A stretch of DNA of 64,000 nucleotides. Origin: a bacterium. GTDB lineage: Bacteria; Chloroflexota; Dormibacteria; Aeolococcales; Bog-877. Made by a program: the position numbers and the translations under genes. Position 1 is the stretch's first letter. Each line of letters opens with the position of its first letter. Under the pieces are notes generated by a model. The model made no database searches. It was not told where the DNA came from and saw only the letters and a program-made list of their open reading frames with translations. Location: NCBI GenBank assembly GCA_021816695.1, contig JAKAXE010000003.1, positions 1,573-65,572 on the forward strand, written 5' to 3'. Below, one piece after another: positions 36,530-46,326 of this stretch.

Positions 36530-38255
36530 CTCTTACCCCCGAGGCTGCCACCCCGGCCCCCACCGCCGCCAGCAGTTCGGCAGCATGGTTTCGCGCCGCT
36601 GCCGGGGTCGCCTCCCCGGCCAGCAGCCGCGCCAGCTCGTCGACCCGTTCCTCGCCCTCCACCGGCTCGAGATGGCTCATCGACCTCCCCTGCGACTCGG
36701 TCTTACGCACCCTGAGGTGGCGCCTGCCCCGAGCGGCGATGGTGGCCAGATGAGTGACGCAGATCACCTGGCGCTGTCCGGCCACCTGGAGCAGCAGATC
36801 ACCCACCCGGTTCGCCGCCTCCCCTCCGAGCCCCTCATCAATCTCGTCAAAGACGACCGTCCCCGCCTCGGCCCGGATCGACAGCCGCGCCAGCACCGCC
36901 AGCACCACCCGGGATAGCTCGCCTCCGGAGGCGGCCTCGGTGAGCGGCCGAAAAGGATCACCACGGTTGGCCGCGAGCAGAAACTGAACTCGGTCCCAGC
37001 CGTCCGCGGCGACCCTGTAGCGGACCCCGCCCGGCCCAGTCACCCCGTTAGGATCCTCGTCCCGCCAGAGCCGGACCCGGAGCTCGGCGGCGGGCATGAG
37101 CATCTGGTGCAGGTCTCGGGTCACCTCCGCCGCTAGCTGCGCCGCGGCCCCACTTCTGATCTCGGTCAACTCCTGACAGGAGGCCGCAAGGCGTCCCCCC
37201 AACTCCTCAAGCTGGGCCCCGAGCTCACGCAGGTCGAGGCCCGCCGTCCCCTCGACCGTGAGCAGCTGGCGGGCCGCCTCCAGGCGGCGGATGGCCTCCT
37301 CCAGAGTGCCCCCGTGGCGCCGGGCCACCCGCTCCAACAGCTCCAGCCGCTCCTCCACCTCCTCCAGCCGGCCCTGGTCAGGGGGGAGTCGCTCGAGGTA
37401 GGACCCGAGCTGGAGCCCGAGATCGCGCAGGATGGCGAGAGCGTCCTCCGCCTGGACCCGTGAGCGGTCCAGCTCGGGGTCGATGGCGAATGCGGGCCGG
37501 CCAGCCTGCAGCTCGGCCGCGATGGCGTCCGCGGCTCCGGGGTCGGCATCGGAACCGGCCACCGCTCCGCGAAGCCGCTCCGCCGCCTCGCGGAGCCGCA
37601 CCAGGTGCAGGAGCCGCTCGCGCTCCTCGCGCAGCCGATGGTCCTCCCCGGGAACCAGCCGCGCGGCCTCCAGCTCGGCCAGGTCGGAGCGGGCTGCGGC
37701 CAGGTGCGATGCTTCGGCAAGGGTGCGGTCTCGAGCGGCGGCGAGTTTCTGAGCCACCATTCGGTGGCTGCGCTCGAGTTCCGCCACCGCGGCCCGGAGC
37801 TCCAGCGCCGTCGCGCCAGCGTATCCGTCCAGCCCGGCCCTCTGGTCTGACTCGCGGAGCCAGCGGCTGGCGGTCCCCTGGCCGTGCCGCTCCACCAGCC
37901 GCTCCCCCAACTCGCGCAGCTGTGACGCCGGCACCAACCCGCCATTGATGCGGGCGGGGCTTCTCGGCCCCAGCTCCCGGGTGAGCACCAGGACCTCGGC
38001 CGGGGCCACCCCCAGGCCGGCCAGCTGCTCGGTCTGGTCGTCGGGCCAGCTGAACGTCGCCGAGACCAGCGCGCTCTCCGCCCCCTGGCGCACCATCTGT
38101 GGGTCCCCGCGGTCCCCGAGGGCCAGCCCAAGCGCCGCCAGCAGGACCGACTTGCCGGAGCCGGTCTCGCCGGTCAGCACGTTGAGCCCACCACCGAAAG
38201 CGCACTGCGCGGATTCGATGACCGCCAGCCCCCGGACGCGCAGCTCCAGCAGCAC
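36522..38255 (-). CDS. recN: DNA repair protein RecN
   Basis: LTGETGSGKS, HGQ, coiled coils, ASGGELSR, FDEID.G.GG, QVICVTHL. Confidence 0.95.
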   Translation of the reverse strand: MLLELRVRGLAVIESAQCAFGGGLNVLTGETGSGKSVLLAALGLALGDRGDPQMVRQGAESALVSATFSWPDDQTEQLAGLGVAPAEVLVLTRELGPRSPARINGGLVPASQLRELGERLVERHGQGTASRWLRESDQRAGLDGYAGATALELRAAVAELERSHRMVAQKLAAARDRTLAEASHLAAARSDLAELEAARLVPGEDHRLREERERLLHLVRLREAAERLRGAVAGSDADPGAADAIAAELQAGRPAFAIDPELDRSRVQAEDALAILRDLGLQLGSYLERLPPDQGRLEEVEERLELLERVARRHGGTLEEAIRRLEAARQLLTVEGTAGLDLRELGAQLEELGGRLAASCQELTEIRSGAAAQLAAEVTRDLHQMLMPAAELRVRLWRDEDPNGVTGPGGVRYRVAADGWDRVQFLLAANRGDPFRPLTEAASGGELSRVVLAVLARLSIRAEAGTVVFDEIDEGLGGEAANRVGDLLLQVAGQRQVICVTHLATIAARGRRHLRVRKTESQGRSMSHLEPVEGEERVDELARLLAGEATPAAARNHAAELLAAVGAGVAASGVRDG

Positions 38256-38256
38256 C

Positions 38257-39198
38257 TCAGCCGCCCGGGGTCGGGACCGAAGCTGGCTCCGCCGCTCCGG
38301 CTGGGCTCACCTCCCCGAGGTCGTCGACCTCCAGCTTCAGCACCGTCCCGAAGCCGGTCTTGGAGCGGAGGCGTTCGAAGAAGCCCGGAGTCCCCGGCGG
38401 CTGTACCAGCTGGAGTTGGGGGCCGCGGCCGACCACGAACCGCCCCCCCGCCAGGAGTGGGCGCCACACCCTACCGTCCGCCGCCAGGGTGCCCACCCCG
38501 CGCACCAGCTCCACGCTCACATCCAGAGTGTCCGGGATGACCAGCGAGCGATGGCCCAGCGAGTGGGGATTGAGAGGCGTGACCACCAGGGCCGGGACCG
38601 CCGGGTCCAGGCTGGGGCCGCCGGCGGAGAGGGAGTAGGCGGTGGAGCCCAGGCTGGAGGCGACGATGATCCCATCCCCGTCGAACTCCCCGACCAGCTG
38701 GTGGTCGGTCCGCACCCGCATCCGGATCACGTTGAAGGCATCCGCCCGAACCAGCACCTCGTTGACCGCCAGCGGCAGGGACGCCGTCAGCGTTCCGGCG
38801 CCGGTGAGCAGCGAGGCGGAGAGGGTGGGCCGGACGAGGGTGGCGCACCTCCCCTCGAAGTAGGCTGAGAGGGCCGCGGGCAACCCCTCCATCTCCACGC
38901 TGGTGAGGAAGCCCAGCTGGCCCCGGTTGACCCCCAGTACGGGGATCCCGAGGGGACCGGCCATCCTGGCGGCGTAGAGCAGGGTGCCGTCGCCCCCCAC
39001 GGAGACCAGTAGCCGAGTCCGCCCGGCGAGGGCACTGAGCTCCTCCTCCGGAGCCGACTGCACCACCACCGGCTCCACCCCGGCCGCCCGGCAGCGGCGC
39101 TCGGCCTCCGCCACCAGAGGCGAGCTGGCGGCCTCGCGGGGGTGGAGTAGGAAGGCGACCACCTGATCGGCCGGTGGCTCCGGATTCAGCATGGCCAT
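38257..39198 (-). CDS. nadK: NAD kinase
   Basis: GGDGTLL, GVN.G.LGFL, NE, DG.I.A...GSTAYSLSAGGP; start estimated. Confidence 0.93.
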   Translation of the reverse strand: MAMLNPEPPADQVVAFLLHPREAASSPLVAEAERRCRAAGVEPVVVQSAPEEELSALAGRTRLLVSVGGDGTLLYAARMAGPLGIPVLGVNRGQLGFLTSVEMEGLPAALSAYFEGRCATLVRPTLSASLLTGAGTLTASLPLAVNEVLVRADAFNVIRMRVRTDHQLVGEFDGDGIIVASSLGSTAYSLSAGGPSLDPAVPALVVTPLNPHSLGHRSLVIPDTLDVSVELVRGVGTLAADGRVWRPLLAGGRFVVGRGPQLQLVQPPGTPGFFERLRSKTGFGTVLKLEVDDLGEVSPAGAAEPASVPTPGG

Positions 39199-39238
39199 CG
39201 AGAATGAGATGTTAGGCACTGGGCCTCTGAGGTGGGCG

Positions 39239-39670
39239 TCAGAGCGTCATCCCCACCAGCACGCCGAGGGCTGCCCCCGCCAGGACCTCGTACGGAGTGT
39301 GGCCCAAAAGCTGGCGCACCCGATCGTACCTAAGCCCTAGGTGCTGCCGCAGGTCGTCGATCATCTGGTTCAGGATGACGCTCTGCTGCCCGGCGGCGCG
39401 CCGGACCCCGGTGGCGTCATAGACCACCACCATGGTGAGCACCGCAGCCGCGGCAAAGACCGGCGAGGTGGTCCCCAGCCGCCGCCCCAGGAGGGTGGTG
39501 AGGCAGACGGTAAGAGCGGTGTGGGAACTGGGCATCCCCCCGGAGGTGCCCAGCCGCCGGAGGCTTATCTGGCGCCGCTGCCAGGAGTCGGTGAGGATCT
39601 TGAGGAGCTGACCGAGAGCCCAGGCCAGCAGCGGAACCAGCAGAAATTGGTTGGAGAGCAGCCCAGCCAT
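39239..39670 (-). CDS. Divergent PAP2 family (DUF212) membrane protein
   Basis: GGMPSSH, VVYDA.GVRRAAG.Q...LN, LGHTP.EV..G. Confidence 0.9.
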   Translation of the reverse strand: MAGLLSNQFLLVPLLAWALGQLLKILTDSWQRRQISLRRLGTSGGMPSSHTALTVCLTTLLGRRLGTTSPVFAAAAVLTMVVVYDATGVRRAAGQQSVILNQMIDDLRQHLGLRYDRVRQLLGHTPYEVLAGAALGVLVGMTL

Positions 39671-39676
39671 CCGCGG

Positions 39677-39958
39677 TCAGGCTCCGCCCGCGGGCCCCTC
39701 CTCCGCGGACAGCTGGAAGGGCTGCTCGACCAGCCCCCCCCCAGGGCTCTGCGAGAGCTGGGTGATCCGCCGCTCGGCCCCGGCCAGCAGCATGGAGCAG
39801 CGCCGCACCAGCTTCACCCCGCGTTCGTACAGGGCGATCGCCTCCTCCAGCGCGACCTTGCCATCCTCCAGGGCCCGGAGGACCTCGTCCAGCCTGGCCA
39901 GGGCCGCCTCGTAGTCAAGCAGGTCCTCGTCGGACGCGGGACTCGGCTCATCGGTCAT
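39677..39958 (-). CDS. xseB: Exodeoxyribonuclease VII small subunit
   Basis: YEAAL.RL...L..LE.G...LEE....YERG..L...C...L..AE. Confidence 0.92.
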   Translation of the reverse strand: MTDEPSPASDEDLLDYEAALARLDEVLRALEDGKVALEEAIALYERGVKLVRRCSMLLAGAERRITQLSQSPGGGLVEQPFQLSAEEGPAGGA

Positions 39959-41267
39959 CGGGCACCTCCTTGCTTGGCTCCACCCCTGTCACCTGGCTGC
40001 GCACCCGGCCCAGGGCCAGCTGGGTCACCAGCCGGTCGCCGGGATTGAGCTCCCGCGGGTCGCGGACCAGCCTCCCGCCCTCCTCCTGCCAGGTTATCGA
40101 GTAGCCACGCTCTAAGACAGCGAGCGGTGAAAGCGCCAACAGCCGCCCACCCCTCCCCCGCAGCTCCTCCTGCAACCGGCCGAGCCGGGGTGCCGGACCG
40201 CGGGCAGCCAGGAGCTGGCGCCGGGACAAGAGCTGGTCCGAAAGGCGGCCGAGATGGCGGGCGGCCGCGCCCGCCAGCCGCTGGGCGGCGCGGTCCAGGT
40301 CCTGCTGGCCCTCCATGAGCCGCCGCCGCGGGGCCAGGCGCTCCAGGCGGGCGAAGGCACCGGCGAGCTGCTCAGTCCGCCCCACCAGGAAGGCGGTGCC
40401 TGCCCTCCCGAGTCGCAGGTGCCTCGCCCCCAACTCGTGGCGCAGGCTGTCTCGGTCTGGGACAGCCAGCTCGGCGGCGGCCGAGGGGGTGGGGGCGCGG
40501 CGGTCCGCCACGAAGTCGACCACCGTGGTGTCGGTCTCGTGCCCCACCCCGGTCATGACCGGGACCGGACAGCTGGCCACCGCCCGCGCCAGCTCCTCAG
40601 AGTTGAAGGCGGAGAGGTCCTCAAGGCTCCCTCCGCCCCGAACCAGCAGGACCAGCTGCGCACCCGAACGTCCGGCCACGGCCATCGCCGCCACCAGCTC
40701 GGCCACACTCCCCTCCCCCTGCACCAGGGAGGGGACGATCACCAGCTCGGTGATCGGGCAGCGGCGGCTGACCACGTGGATCACGTCCCGGACGGCCGCG
40801 CCTCGCGGGGATGTGACCACCGCGATCCGCCGGGGCAGGAATGGGAGCTTCCGCTTGCGCTCTGGGTTGAAGAGTCCCTCGGCCTCCAGGCGGGCCACCA
40901 GCTGCTGATAGGCAAGCGCCAGGGCCCCCACGCCCGCCGGCTCCAGCTGATCCAGATACAGCTGGACTTCCCCCTTGGCCGGATAGACCGAGATGCGTCC
41001 GTGGGCGATGACTCGCTGGCCAGTTTCCGGCTCGAAGGCAAGGGAGGAGCCAGCGCCGCGGAAGAGCACCGCCCGGATCGAGGCCTGGTCGGCGCGCCCC
41101 TCGCGACAGTCCTTCAGCGTGAGGTAGCGATGACCGGCCGCGGACTTGGTGCAGGTGCCGATCTCGGCCTCAACGTACACGTCCTGGAGCGCTGGGTCCT
41201 CCTCCAGGTCCGCCCGGATCAAGCTGTTGAGCTCCGCCACCTGCAGGACGCGGCGCGCCAGCATCAC
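39948..41267 (-). CDS. xseA: Exodeoxyribonuclease VII large subunit
   Basis: GH.Y.TLKD, EGLF...RK, VVTS..GAA..D, RGGGS.EDL..FN, GVGHETD, RAPTPSAAAE, L.RGYSI. Confidence 0.95.
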   Translation of the reverse strand: MMLARRVLQVAELNSLIRADLEEDPALQDVYVEAEIGTCTKSAAGHRYLTLKDCREGRADQASIRAVLFRGAGSSLAFEPETGQRVIAHGRISVYPAKGEVQLYLDQLEPAGVGALALAYQQLVARLEAEGLFNPERKRKLPFLPRRIAVVTSPRGAAVRDVIHVVSRRCPITELVIVPSLVQGEGSVAELVAAMAVAGRSGAQLVLLVRGGGSLEDLSAFNSEELARAVASCPVPVMTGVGHETDTTVVDFVADRRAPTPSAAAELAVPDRDSLRHELGARHLRLGRAGTAFLVGRTEQLAGAFARLERLAPRRRLMEGQQDLDRAAQRLAGAAARHLGRLSDQLLSRRQLLAARGPAPRLGRLQEELRGRGGRLLALSPLAVLERGYSITWQEEGGRLVRDPRELNPGDRLVTQLALGRVRSQVTGVEPSKEVPDDR

Positions 41268-41668
41268 ACCGCCTCCCTCGCCAGTCGGCCCAGAACCCCG
41301 TTGACGAAGCGGGCGGCATCCTCCCCACCGAGCTCCTTGGCCAGCCCCACCGCCTCGTCCAGGGTCACCGCCTGGGGATCTCTGCGGCGCCAGATCAGCT
41401 CGGCGGCCCCCAGGCGGAGGACTCCTCGCTCCACCCGCCCCATCTGTTCCAACTTCCAATGGGTGGCCGCCGCCTCCAGCGCCGCATCGATCTCGACGCG
41501 GTGCTCCTGAACCAGCGCCACCAGCTCCTCCGCGAAGACTGCCGACTCGGGCGGCAGGTCATCCTCGGCGAGCTGGTAGGCGAATGCCGGACGCCAGTCC
41601 CCCCGGTCCTGATCGAGCTGGAAGACCACCCGGAGGGCGAGCTGGCGAGCGCGGTGGCGAGGCCTCAA
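41264..41668 (-). CDS. nusB: Transcription antitermination factor NusB
   Basis: R..AR..AL...FQ, W...MG.VER..LR.G..E, EAV.LAK, FVNGVL. Confidence 0.93.
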   Translation of the reverse strand: MRPRHRARQLALRVVFQLDQDRGDWRPAFAYQLAEDDLPPESAVFAEELVALVQEHRVEIDAALEAAATHWKLEQMGRVERGVLRLGAAELIWRRRDPQAVTLDEAVGLAKELGGEDAARFVNGVLGRLAREAV

Positions 41669-42027
41669 CCGCCGGCCAGCTCACGGACCAAGACGTTGAC
41701 CTCGACGACCTCGAGCCCAAGCATCCTTTCGATGTCCCGAGACACCCGCCGCTGCAGCTCCTGCACCAGCTCCGGCAGGGTGGCCCCGGCCTCGATCGCG
41801 ATGCCCAGCTCGAGCCGGATGGCCGCGCTCCCAATCATCTCCAGACGGACGCCGCGGTGCCCCGCCTGGCGGCGCAGCGGACGGGGCACGGGCACTCCCT
41901 GGAGCTCGCACATGTGGGCCACCCCCGGGGTGTCCAGCGCTGCCAGGGAGGCGATCGCGCCCACCACCTCGCTCGCCACCCGGACGCGTCCTGGGGGCTG
42001 CTCCCGGAGGGTGGGGGCGGTGGTCAC
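41665..42027 (-). CDS. Asp23/Gls24 family envelope stress protein
   Basis: G.V.VA.EV...IA..AA...PGV, GV.L, Q..V...IE.M.GL.V.EVNV; efp-asp23-nusB synteny. Confidence 0.88.
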   Translation of the reverse strand: MTTAPTLREQPPGRVRVASEVVGAIASLAALDTPGVAHMCELQGVPVPRPLRRQAGHRGVRLEMIGSAAIRLELGIAIEAGATLPELVQELQRRVSRDIERMLGLEVVEVNVLVRELAGG

Positions 42028-42584
42028 GAGGCGCGCTCCAGGTAGCGGGCGCTTCGGGTGTCCACCTTGACTCGGTCTCCGACGTTCACGAAGAGCGGCA
42101 CGTCGATCACCAGCCCGGTCTCCAGGGTGGCGGGCTTGAAGGTTCCCGTGGCTGTGTCCCCCTTGAAGCCGGGGTCGGTGGCGGTGACCTCCAGCACGAC
42201 GGTGATCGGGACCTCGACTCCGAGGATCCGATCTTCGTGCCGGAGCAGAAAGAGAGTGTCGGACTCCCGCACATAGCGCGCGGCGGCCTCGAACAACTCC
42301 TGGCTGATCGGGAACTGCTCGTAGGTGCTGGTGTCCATGAGCACATGCTGGTCCCCGTCCCGATACAGGTATTGCACCTCCACCTTCTCGATCCGGACCC
42401 TCGGGAAGCGCTCCTCGGGACGGAACGTCTCCTCGGTCACGGCTCCGGTGTCGACATTGCGCAGTCGGGTGCGCACCACCGCGGTGCCCCGTCCCAGCTT
42501 GATGTGCTCGAAGGAGAGGACCTCCAGCAGCTGGCCGTTGCGCTCCACGGTGGTGCCGGCCCGAAGCTCTCCGGCGTTGATCAT
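42024..42584 (-). CDS. efp: Elongation factor P (KLGRG loop)
   Basis: HIKLGRG.A.VR, QYLY.D, PG.KGDT, KPA.LETG, VPLFV..GD...VDTR. Confidence 0.95.
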   Translation of the reverse strand: MINAGELRAGTTVERNGQLLEVLSFEHIKLGRGTAVVRTRLRNVDTGAVTEETFRPEERFPRVRIEKVEVQYLYRDGDQHVLMDTSTYEQFPISQELFEAAARYVRESDTLFLLRHEDRILGVEVPITVVLEVTATDPGFKGDTATGTFKPATLETGLVIDVPLFVNVGDRVKVDTRSARYLERAS

Positions 42585-42774
42585 CAGCAAGGCTCCAAAA
42601 ATTGCGGTGGCCAGGGTGGCGCCGGGGCGGACCATCCCGCTCCCCACAGCCCCTGATGATCGCAGCTTAGGGGCCTTCGGTCGACAGCCCCGCCCCACCG
42701 CTCGCTACACGGTCTTCAAACACCGCAGCAGATCCTTCACCGGCGCGGCAGAGGCCTCGCCCTAGCCTTCACTC

Positions 42775-44181
42775 ATGAGCGCCACCACCCTGCGGGCCAA
42801 CGTCGCCACTGAGGCCGGCGGTTCGATGCCTTCCTCGCTCGTGATCGCCTCGCTGTCCCGGGCGCTGGATCTGGCCGAGGGGGAGCCGATGGGCCACGCC
42901 CTGCGGACCTGCTGGCTGGGAATGCGGCTGGCCGACTGGGTGGGCCTCAGCCCGGATGAGCGTCAGGACCTCTTCTATGCTCTGCTCCTCAAGGATGCCG
43001 GCTGTTCGGCCAATGCCTACAGCGTGACCCGCTGGTTCGGCGCCGACGACCTCAGCACCAAGGCCCAGTTCAAGGTTTCCGACTGGAGCAGCCAGTGGCG
43101 CTCGCTCCTGTTCGCCATCCGCCAGACGGCGCCCACTGCCCCCATCACCCGGCGCATGGCCCAGCTGGTGGCCCTGGGGGCCAAGGGGCCGGGCCTGGCC
43201 AGCGAGCTGGTGGAGGCCCGCTGCACGCGGGGAGCCGAGCTGGTGCGCCAGCTGGGCTGGGCCGAGCCTTCGGCAGAGGCCGTCTACTGCCTCGACGAGC
43301 ATTGGAACGGCTCGGGTAGCCCCCGGGGCCTCAAGGGCGACGAGATCCCGGTGCTCTCCCGGATCGCCCTCCTCTGCCAGACCGCCGAGATCTTCTGGCG
43401 CCACGGCGGACGCCGCAGTGTTGAGACCGTCCTCCGCCGGCGGCGGGGAACCTGGTTCGACCCTCAGCTGGTGGATGCGGTCCTGGCCCACGCCCGCAGC
43501 GACCGCCTCTGGGAGCGTTTCGGCACCATCAACCATCCCGAGCAGGTGGCTCCCCTGGACCCCCGCCCGCGGCGGATCTCCGGCACCTCAGTGGACGACA
43601 TGTTGCGCATCGGCCAGGTGTTCGCCGGGGTGGTGGACGCCAAGTCACCATGGACGGCCACCCACTCCACCCGGACCGCTGCCCTGGCTCGACGGATGGC
43701 CGAGGTCATGGGGATGAGCCCCGAGGAGAATGACCGCATCGGGCTGGCGGCACTAGTTCACGATCTGGGCAAGCTGGCGGTCAGCAACGCCATCCTGGAC
43801 AAGGCGGGGCCGCTGGACGCCGGCGAGATGGCTCAGATGCAGAGTCACACCGCCATCACCCACCAGATCCTCTCGCCGCTCTGGCTGCTCAGCGATGTGG
43901 CCGAGATGGCCGCAGCCCACCACGAGCGGCTCGACGGCTCTGGCTACCACCGCCACCTGAGGGGTCCCGACCTCCCCTTCGGCGCCCACGTGGTGGCAGC
44001 GGCGGACGTCTTCGAAGCCCTCACTGCCGACCGGCCCTATCGGCGCGGGCTCGACAACGATGAGGCGGTCCGGCGGATGCGTCGGGAGGAGGGCCGGACC
44101 CTGGCCGCCGAGCCGGTCGCCGCCCTGGCGGAGATGGTGGAGTCAACCAGGAGCCTCCCGCCCGCCGACCCCGTCACATAA
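42775..44181 (+). CDS. Tandem HD/HD-GYP-type phosphohydrolase (putative cyclic dinucleotide phosphodiesterase)
   Basis: Degenerate first domain (KDAGC..EHWNG.G.P.G..G..IP); second domain HS, HDLGK, HHERLDGSGY, D.FEAL...RPYR. Confidence 0.82.
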   Translation: MSATTLRANVATEAGGSMPSSLVIASLSRALDLAEGEPMGHALRTCWLGMRLADWVGLSPDERQDLFYALLLKDAGCSANAYSVTRWFGADDLSTKAQFKVSDWSSQWRSLLFAIRQTAPTAPITRRMAQLVALGAKGPGLASELVEARCTRGAELVRQLGWAEPSAEAVYCLDEHWNGSGSPRGLKGDEIPVLSRIALLCQTAEIFWRHGGRRSVETVLRRRRGTWFDPQLVDAVLAHARSDRLWERFGTINHPEQVAPLDPRPRRISGTSVDDMLRIGQVFAGVVDAKSPWTATHSTRTAALARRMAEVMGMSPEENDRIGLAALVHDLGKLAVSNAILDKAGPLDAGEMAQMQSHTAITHQILSPLWLLSDVAEMAAAHHERLDGSGYHRHLRGPDLPFGAHVVAAADVFEALTADRPYRRGLDNDEAVRRMRREEGRTLAAEPVAALAEMVESTRSLPPADPVT

Positions 44182-44839
44182 AGAAGAGCACCAGCCCGCA
44201 GCCGATCACCAGAAACGGCCCGTATGGCAGGGTGTCCCGCAGCCCCAGCCGGCGGGTGGCCAGCAGGGCGATGGTCACCACCCCGCCGATGAGCGCCCCG
44301 GCGATGAGGGCCCAGAGGGTGTAGAGCGCCGTGGCGCTGAGATTCATCCCGGTGACCGCACCGATCAGCATCCCCAGCTTGACGTCCCCCCACCCGAACC
44401 CCGCCCCGCCTTGGAAGAGCGAGCTGATGAGGGCGAAGGGGAGCAGGACTCCCCCGCCGATCAGGATCCCGAAGAGCGCGGCGAAGATGCTCAGATGGGG
44501 GCTGAAGCTGGCCAGCGCCACCGCCAGGACGATCGCCGGGAGGCTGACCACGTCCAGGATGAGGCGGTGTTTCAGGTCGAAGCCCAGGATCTGCACCAGA
44601 ACCACGATCCAGAGGCTGTGGATCAAAAGGCCTGTCCCCATGGCCTCGCTCTTGGCGAAGAAGAAGAAACCGATGAGCCCCAGGAGGGGTAGCAGGATCC
44701 GCTCGATCCGGTGGTCCTGGTCACCTGGGGTCCCGTCCACGAGACCCGCGGCCCGCTCCAGGCGGAGGGAGGCCTCGCCGGTGACCACGCCGCAGGCGAG
44801 GCCGACGGCGCCCCAGCCCAGGGCCAGGGCGGTGGTCAC
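44174..44839 (-). CDS. Prepilin peptidase (A24), lacking the N-terminal Cys domain
   Basis: FDL.H..I.D, GFGWGDVKL, PYGPFL; multi-pass hydrophobic. Confidence 0.85.
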   Translation of the reverse strand: MTTALALGWGAVGLACGVVTGEASLRLERAAGLVDGTPGDQDHRIERILLPLLGLIGFFFFAKSEAMGTGLLIHSLWIVVLVQILGFDLKHRLILDVVSLPAIVLAVALASFSPHLSIFAALFGILIGGGVLLPFALISSLFQGGAGFGWGDVKLGMLIGAVTGMNLSATALYTLWALIAGALIGGVVTIALLATRRLGLRDTLPYGPFLVIGCGLVLFFM

Positions 44840-44854
44840 GGGCGGGCCTGCAGG

Positions 44855-45880
44855 TCAGCCAAGGCCAGCCTCCTGAACCTGCTGCTGGTGCTGCGCTGCG
44901 GTGACGGCGAAGAGCATCTTGCCGTTGGGCAGTGAGACGAAGTACAGGTAGTCACTCTGGGTTGGGTGGAGCACGGCGTCCACGGCCCCCACCCCGGGGC
45001 TGTCTATCGGCCCCGGGGGCAGGCCCTGGTGGAGGTAGGTGTTGTAGGGCGAGGGGAACTGGGTGCTGAACTTCGCACCGGACTGGCCGGCGCGCGCCAT
45101 CGCGTACAGGATCGTCACGTCACTCTGGAGCGGCATGCCCAGGCGCAGCCGGTTCAGGAACACTCCGGCGACGAGCGCCCGGTCCTGGCTGGTGGTGGCC
45201 TCGGCGGAGACGATCGAGGCCAGGGTGAGGGCCTGATAGGGCGTGAGGCCGATCCGGCTCGCCCCGGCGGACAGGGCGGGCGCCACCCGACGCTGGAAGT
45301 CCTGGAGCTGGAGGAGCAGGAATTGGTGGGGCGTGATGCGAGGGCTCACCTCATAGGTGTCCCCGAAGGCCATCCCCTCCCATCCCGAACCCGCGGGCGC
45401 CCCCGCCGGAGGCGAGATCCCGGAGAAGGTCCCCGAGCTCACCTGCCCCAGATAGCCGGCGGCGGAAAAGAGGCCATCCGAGGCCAGCAGGGCCGACTCC
45501 TGAAGCGCCGAGAGCCCATCCTGGACCCGCACCTCGATGGGTAGCTGGGAAGGTGGGCCCTCAAGGACCGCCACCAGCTCTGAGGGGCCCATGCCCCGGT
45601 CCAATATGAATTTGCCGGGGTGGAGCTTGAAGCCCAGCCCGCGGAGGTCCGCGTAGAGCCCGAAGAAGAATTGCGAGCGGACCACGTGGTGGCTGCCGAG
45701 GTCCTCCACCAGCCGCTGCAGGGACTCGCCGTGGCTCACAGTTATCAACACCTGCTGGCGGTGGTTGCTCTGCAGCGGCTCTAGTTCGCGCCGCCCCACC
45801 AGCGCCAGCGCTGCCAGGCCCCCCACCAGCGCCAGAAGCACAAGGATCCCCACCAGCCTCCAGGGGTGCCGCGCCATCAC
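44855..45880 (-). CDS. mltG: Endolytic transglycosylase MltG
   Basis: N-terminal TM, EG..F.DTY, LASIV..E, VF.NRL..GM.LQSD.T, SPYNTY...GLPPGPI.SPG, YLYFV. Confidence 0.93.
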   Translation of the reverse strand: MMARHPWRLVGILVLLALVGGLAALALVGRRELEPLQSNHRQQVLITVSHGESLQRLVEDLGSHHVVRSQFFFGLYADLRGLGFKLHPGKFILDRGMGPSELVAVLEGPPSQLPIEVRVQDGLSALQESALLASDGLFSAAGYLGQVSSGTFSGISPPAGAPAGSGWEGMAFGDTYEVSPRITPHQFLLLQLQDFQRRVAPALSAGASRIGLTPYQALTLASIVSAEATTSQDRALVAGVFLNRLRLGMPLQSDVTILYAMARAGQSGAKFSTQFPSPYNTYLHQGLPPGPIDSPGVGAVDAVLHPTQSDYLYFVSLPNGKMLFAVTAAQHQQQVQEAGLG

Positions 45881-46287
45881 GGCATGGTTCTGGCCCCGGC
45901 CAGAACCCCCTGTAAAAGGAGCGCCGCCGCGACCCGGTCTCCCACCTGCCGACGGCGCTCGCGCGAGTCGCCCTGGCGGATCATCTCGCGCTCCGCCTGG
46001 CGGGAGGTGAGCCGCTCGTCGGCGAAGCGGAGGGGGAGCCTGGTGGCCGCCGCCAAAAGGGCTCCCAAGCGGCGGGCCTCGGCCGCCTCCGGTCCCTCGG
46101 ACCCGTCCATCCGAAGTGGCAACCCCATCACCAGCTCTCCGACCTGGTTCTCGCAGGCCACCTCCACCAACCGGCGCACCAAGTCCTGGTCGCTCTTCCT
46201 GTTGATGGTCACGTGAGGCAGGGCGATAGTCCTGGTCTCATCACTCAGTGCCACCCCGAAACGGGCGGTACCGGGGTCGAGCGCCAT
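45877..46287 (-). CDS. ruvX: RuvX/YqgF pre-16S rRNA nuclease
   Basis: LD.G..R.GVA.SD, GLP..MDG, DER.TS, D..AA..LLQ. Confidence 0.92.
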   Translation of the reverse strand: MALDPGTARFGVALSDETRTIALPHVTINRKSDQDLVRRLVEVACENQVGELVMGLPLRMDGSEGPEAAEARRLGALLAAATRLPLRFADERLTSRQAEREMIRQGDSRERRRQVGDRVAAALLLQGVLAGARTMP

Positions 46288-46326
46288 CAGCCGCCCGGAG
46301 GTCGCAGGCCTGGTCGGAGCCAGCGC

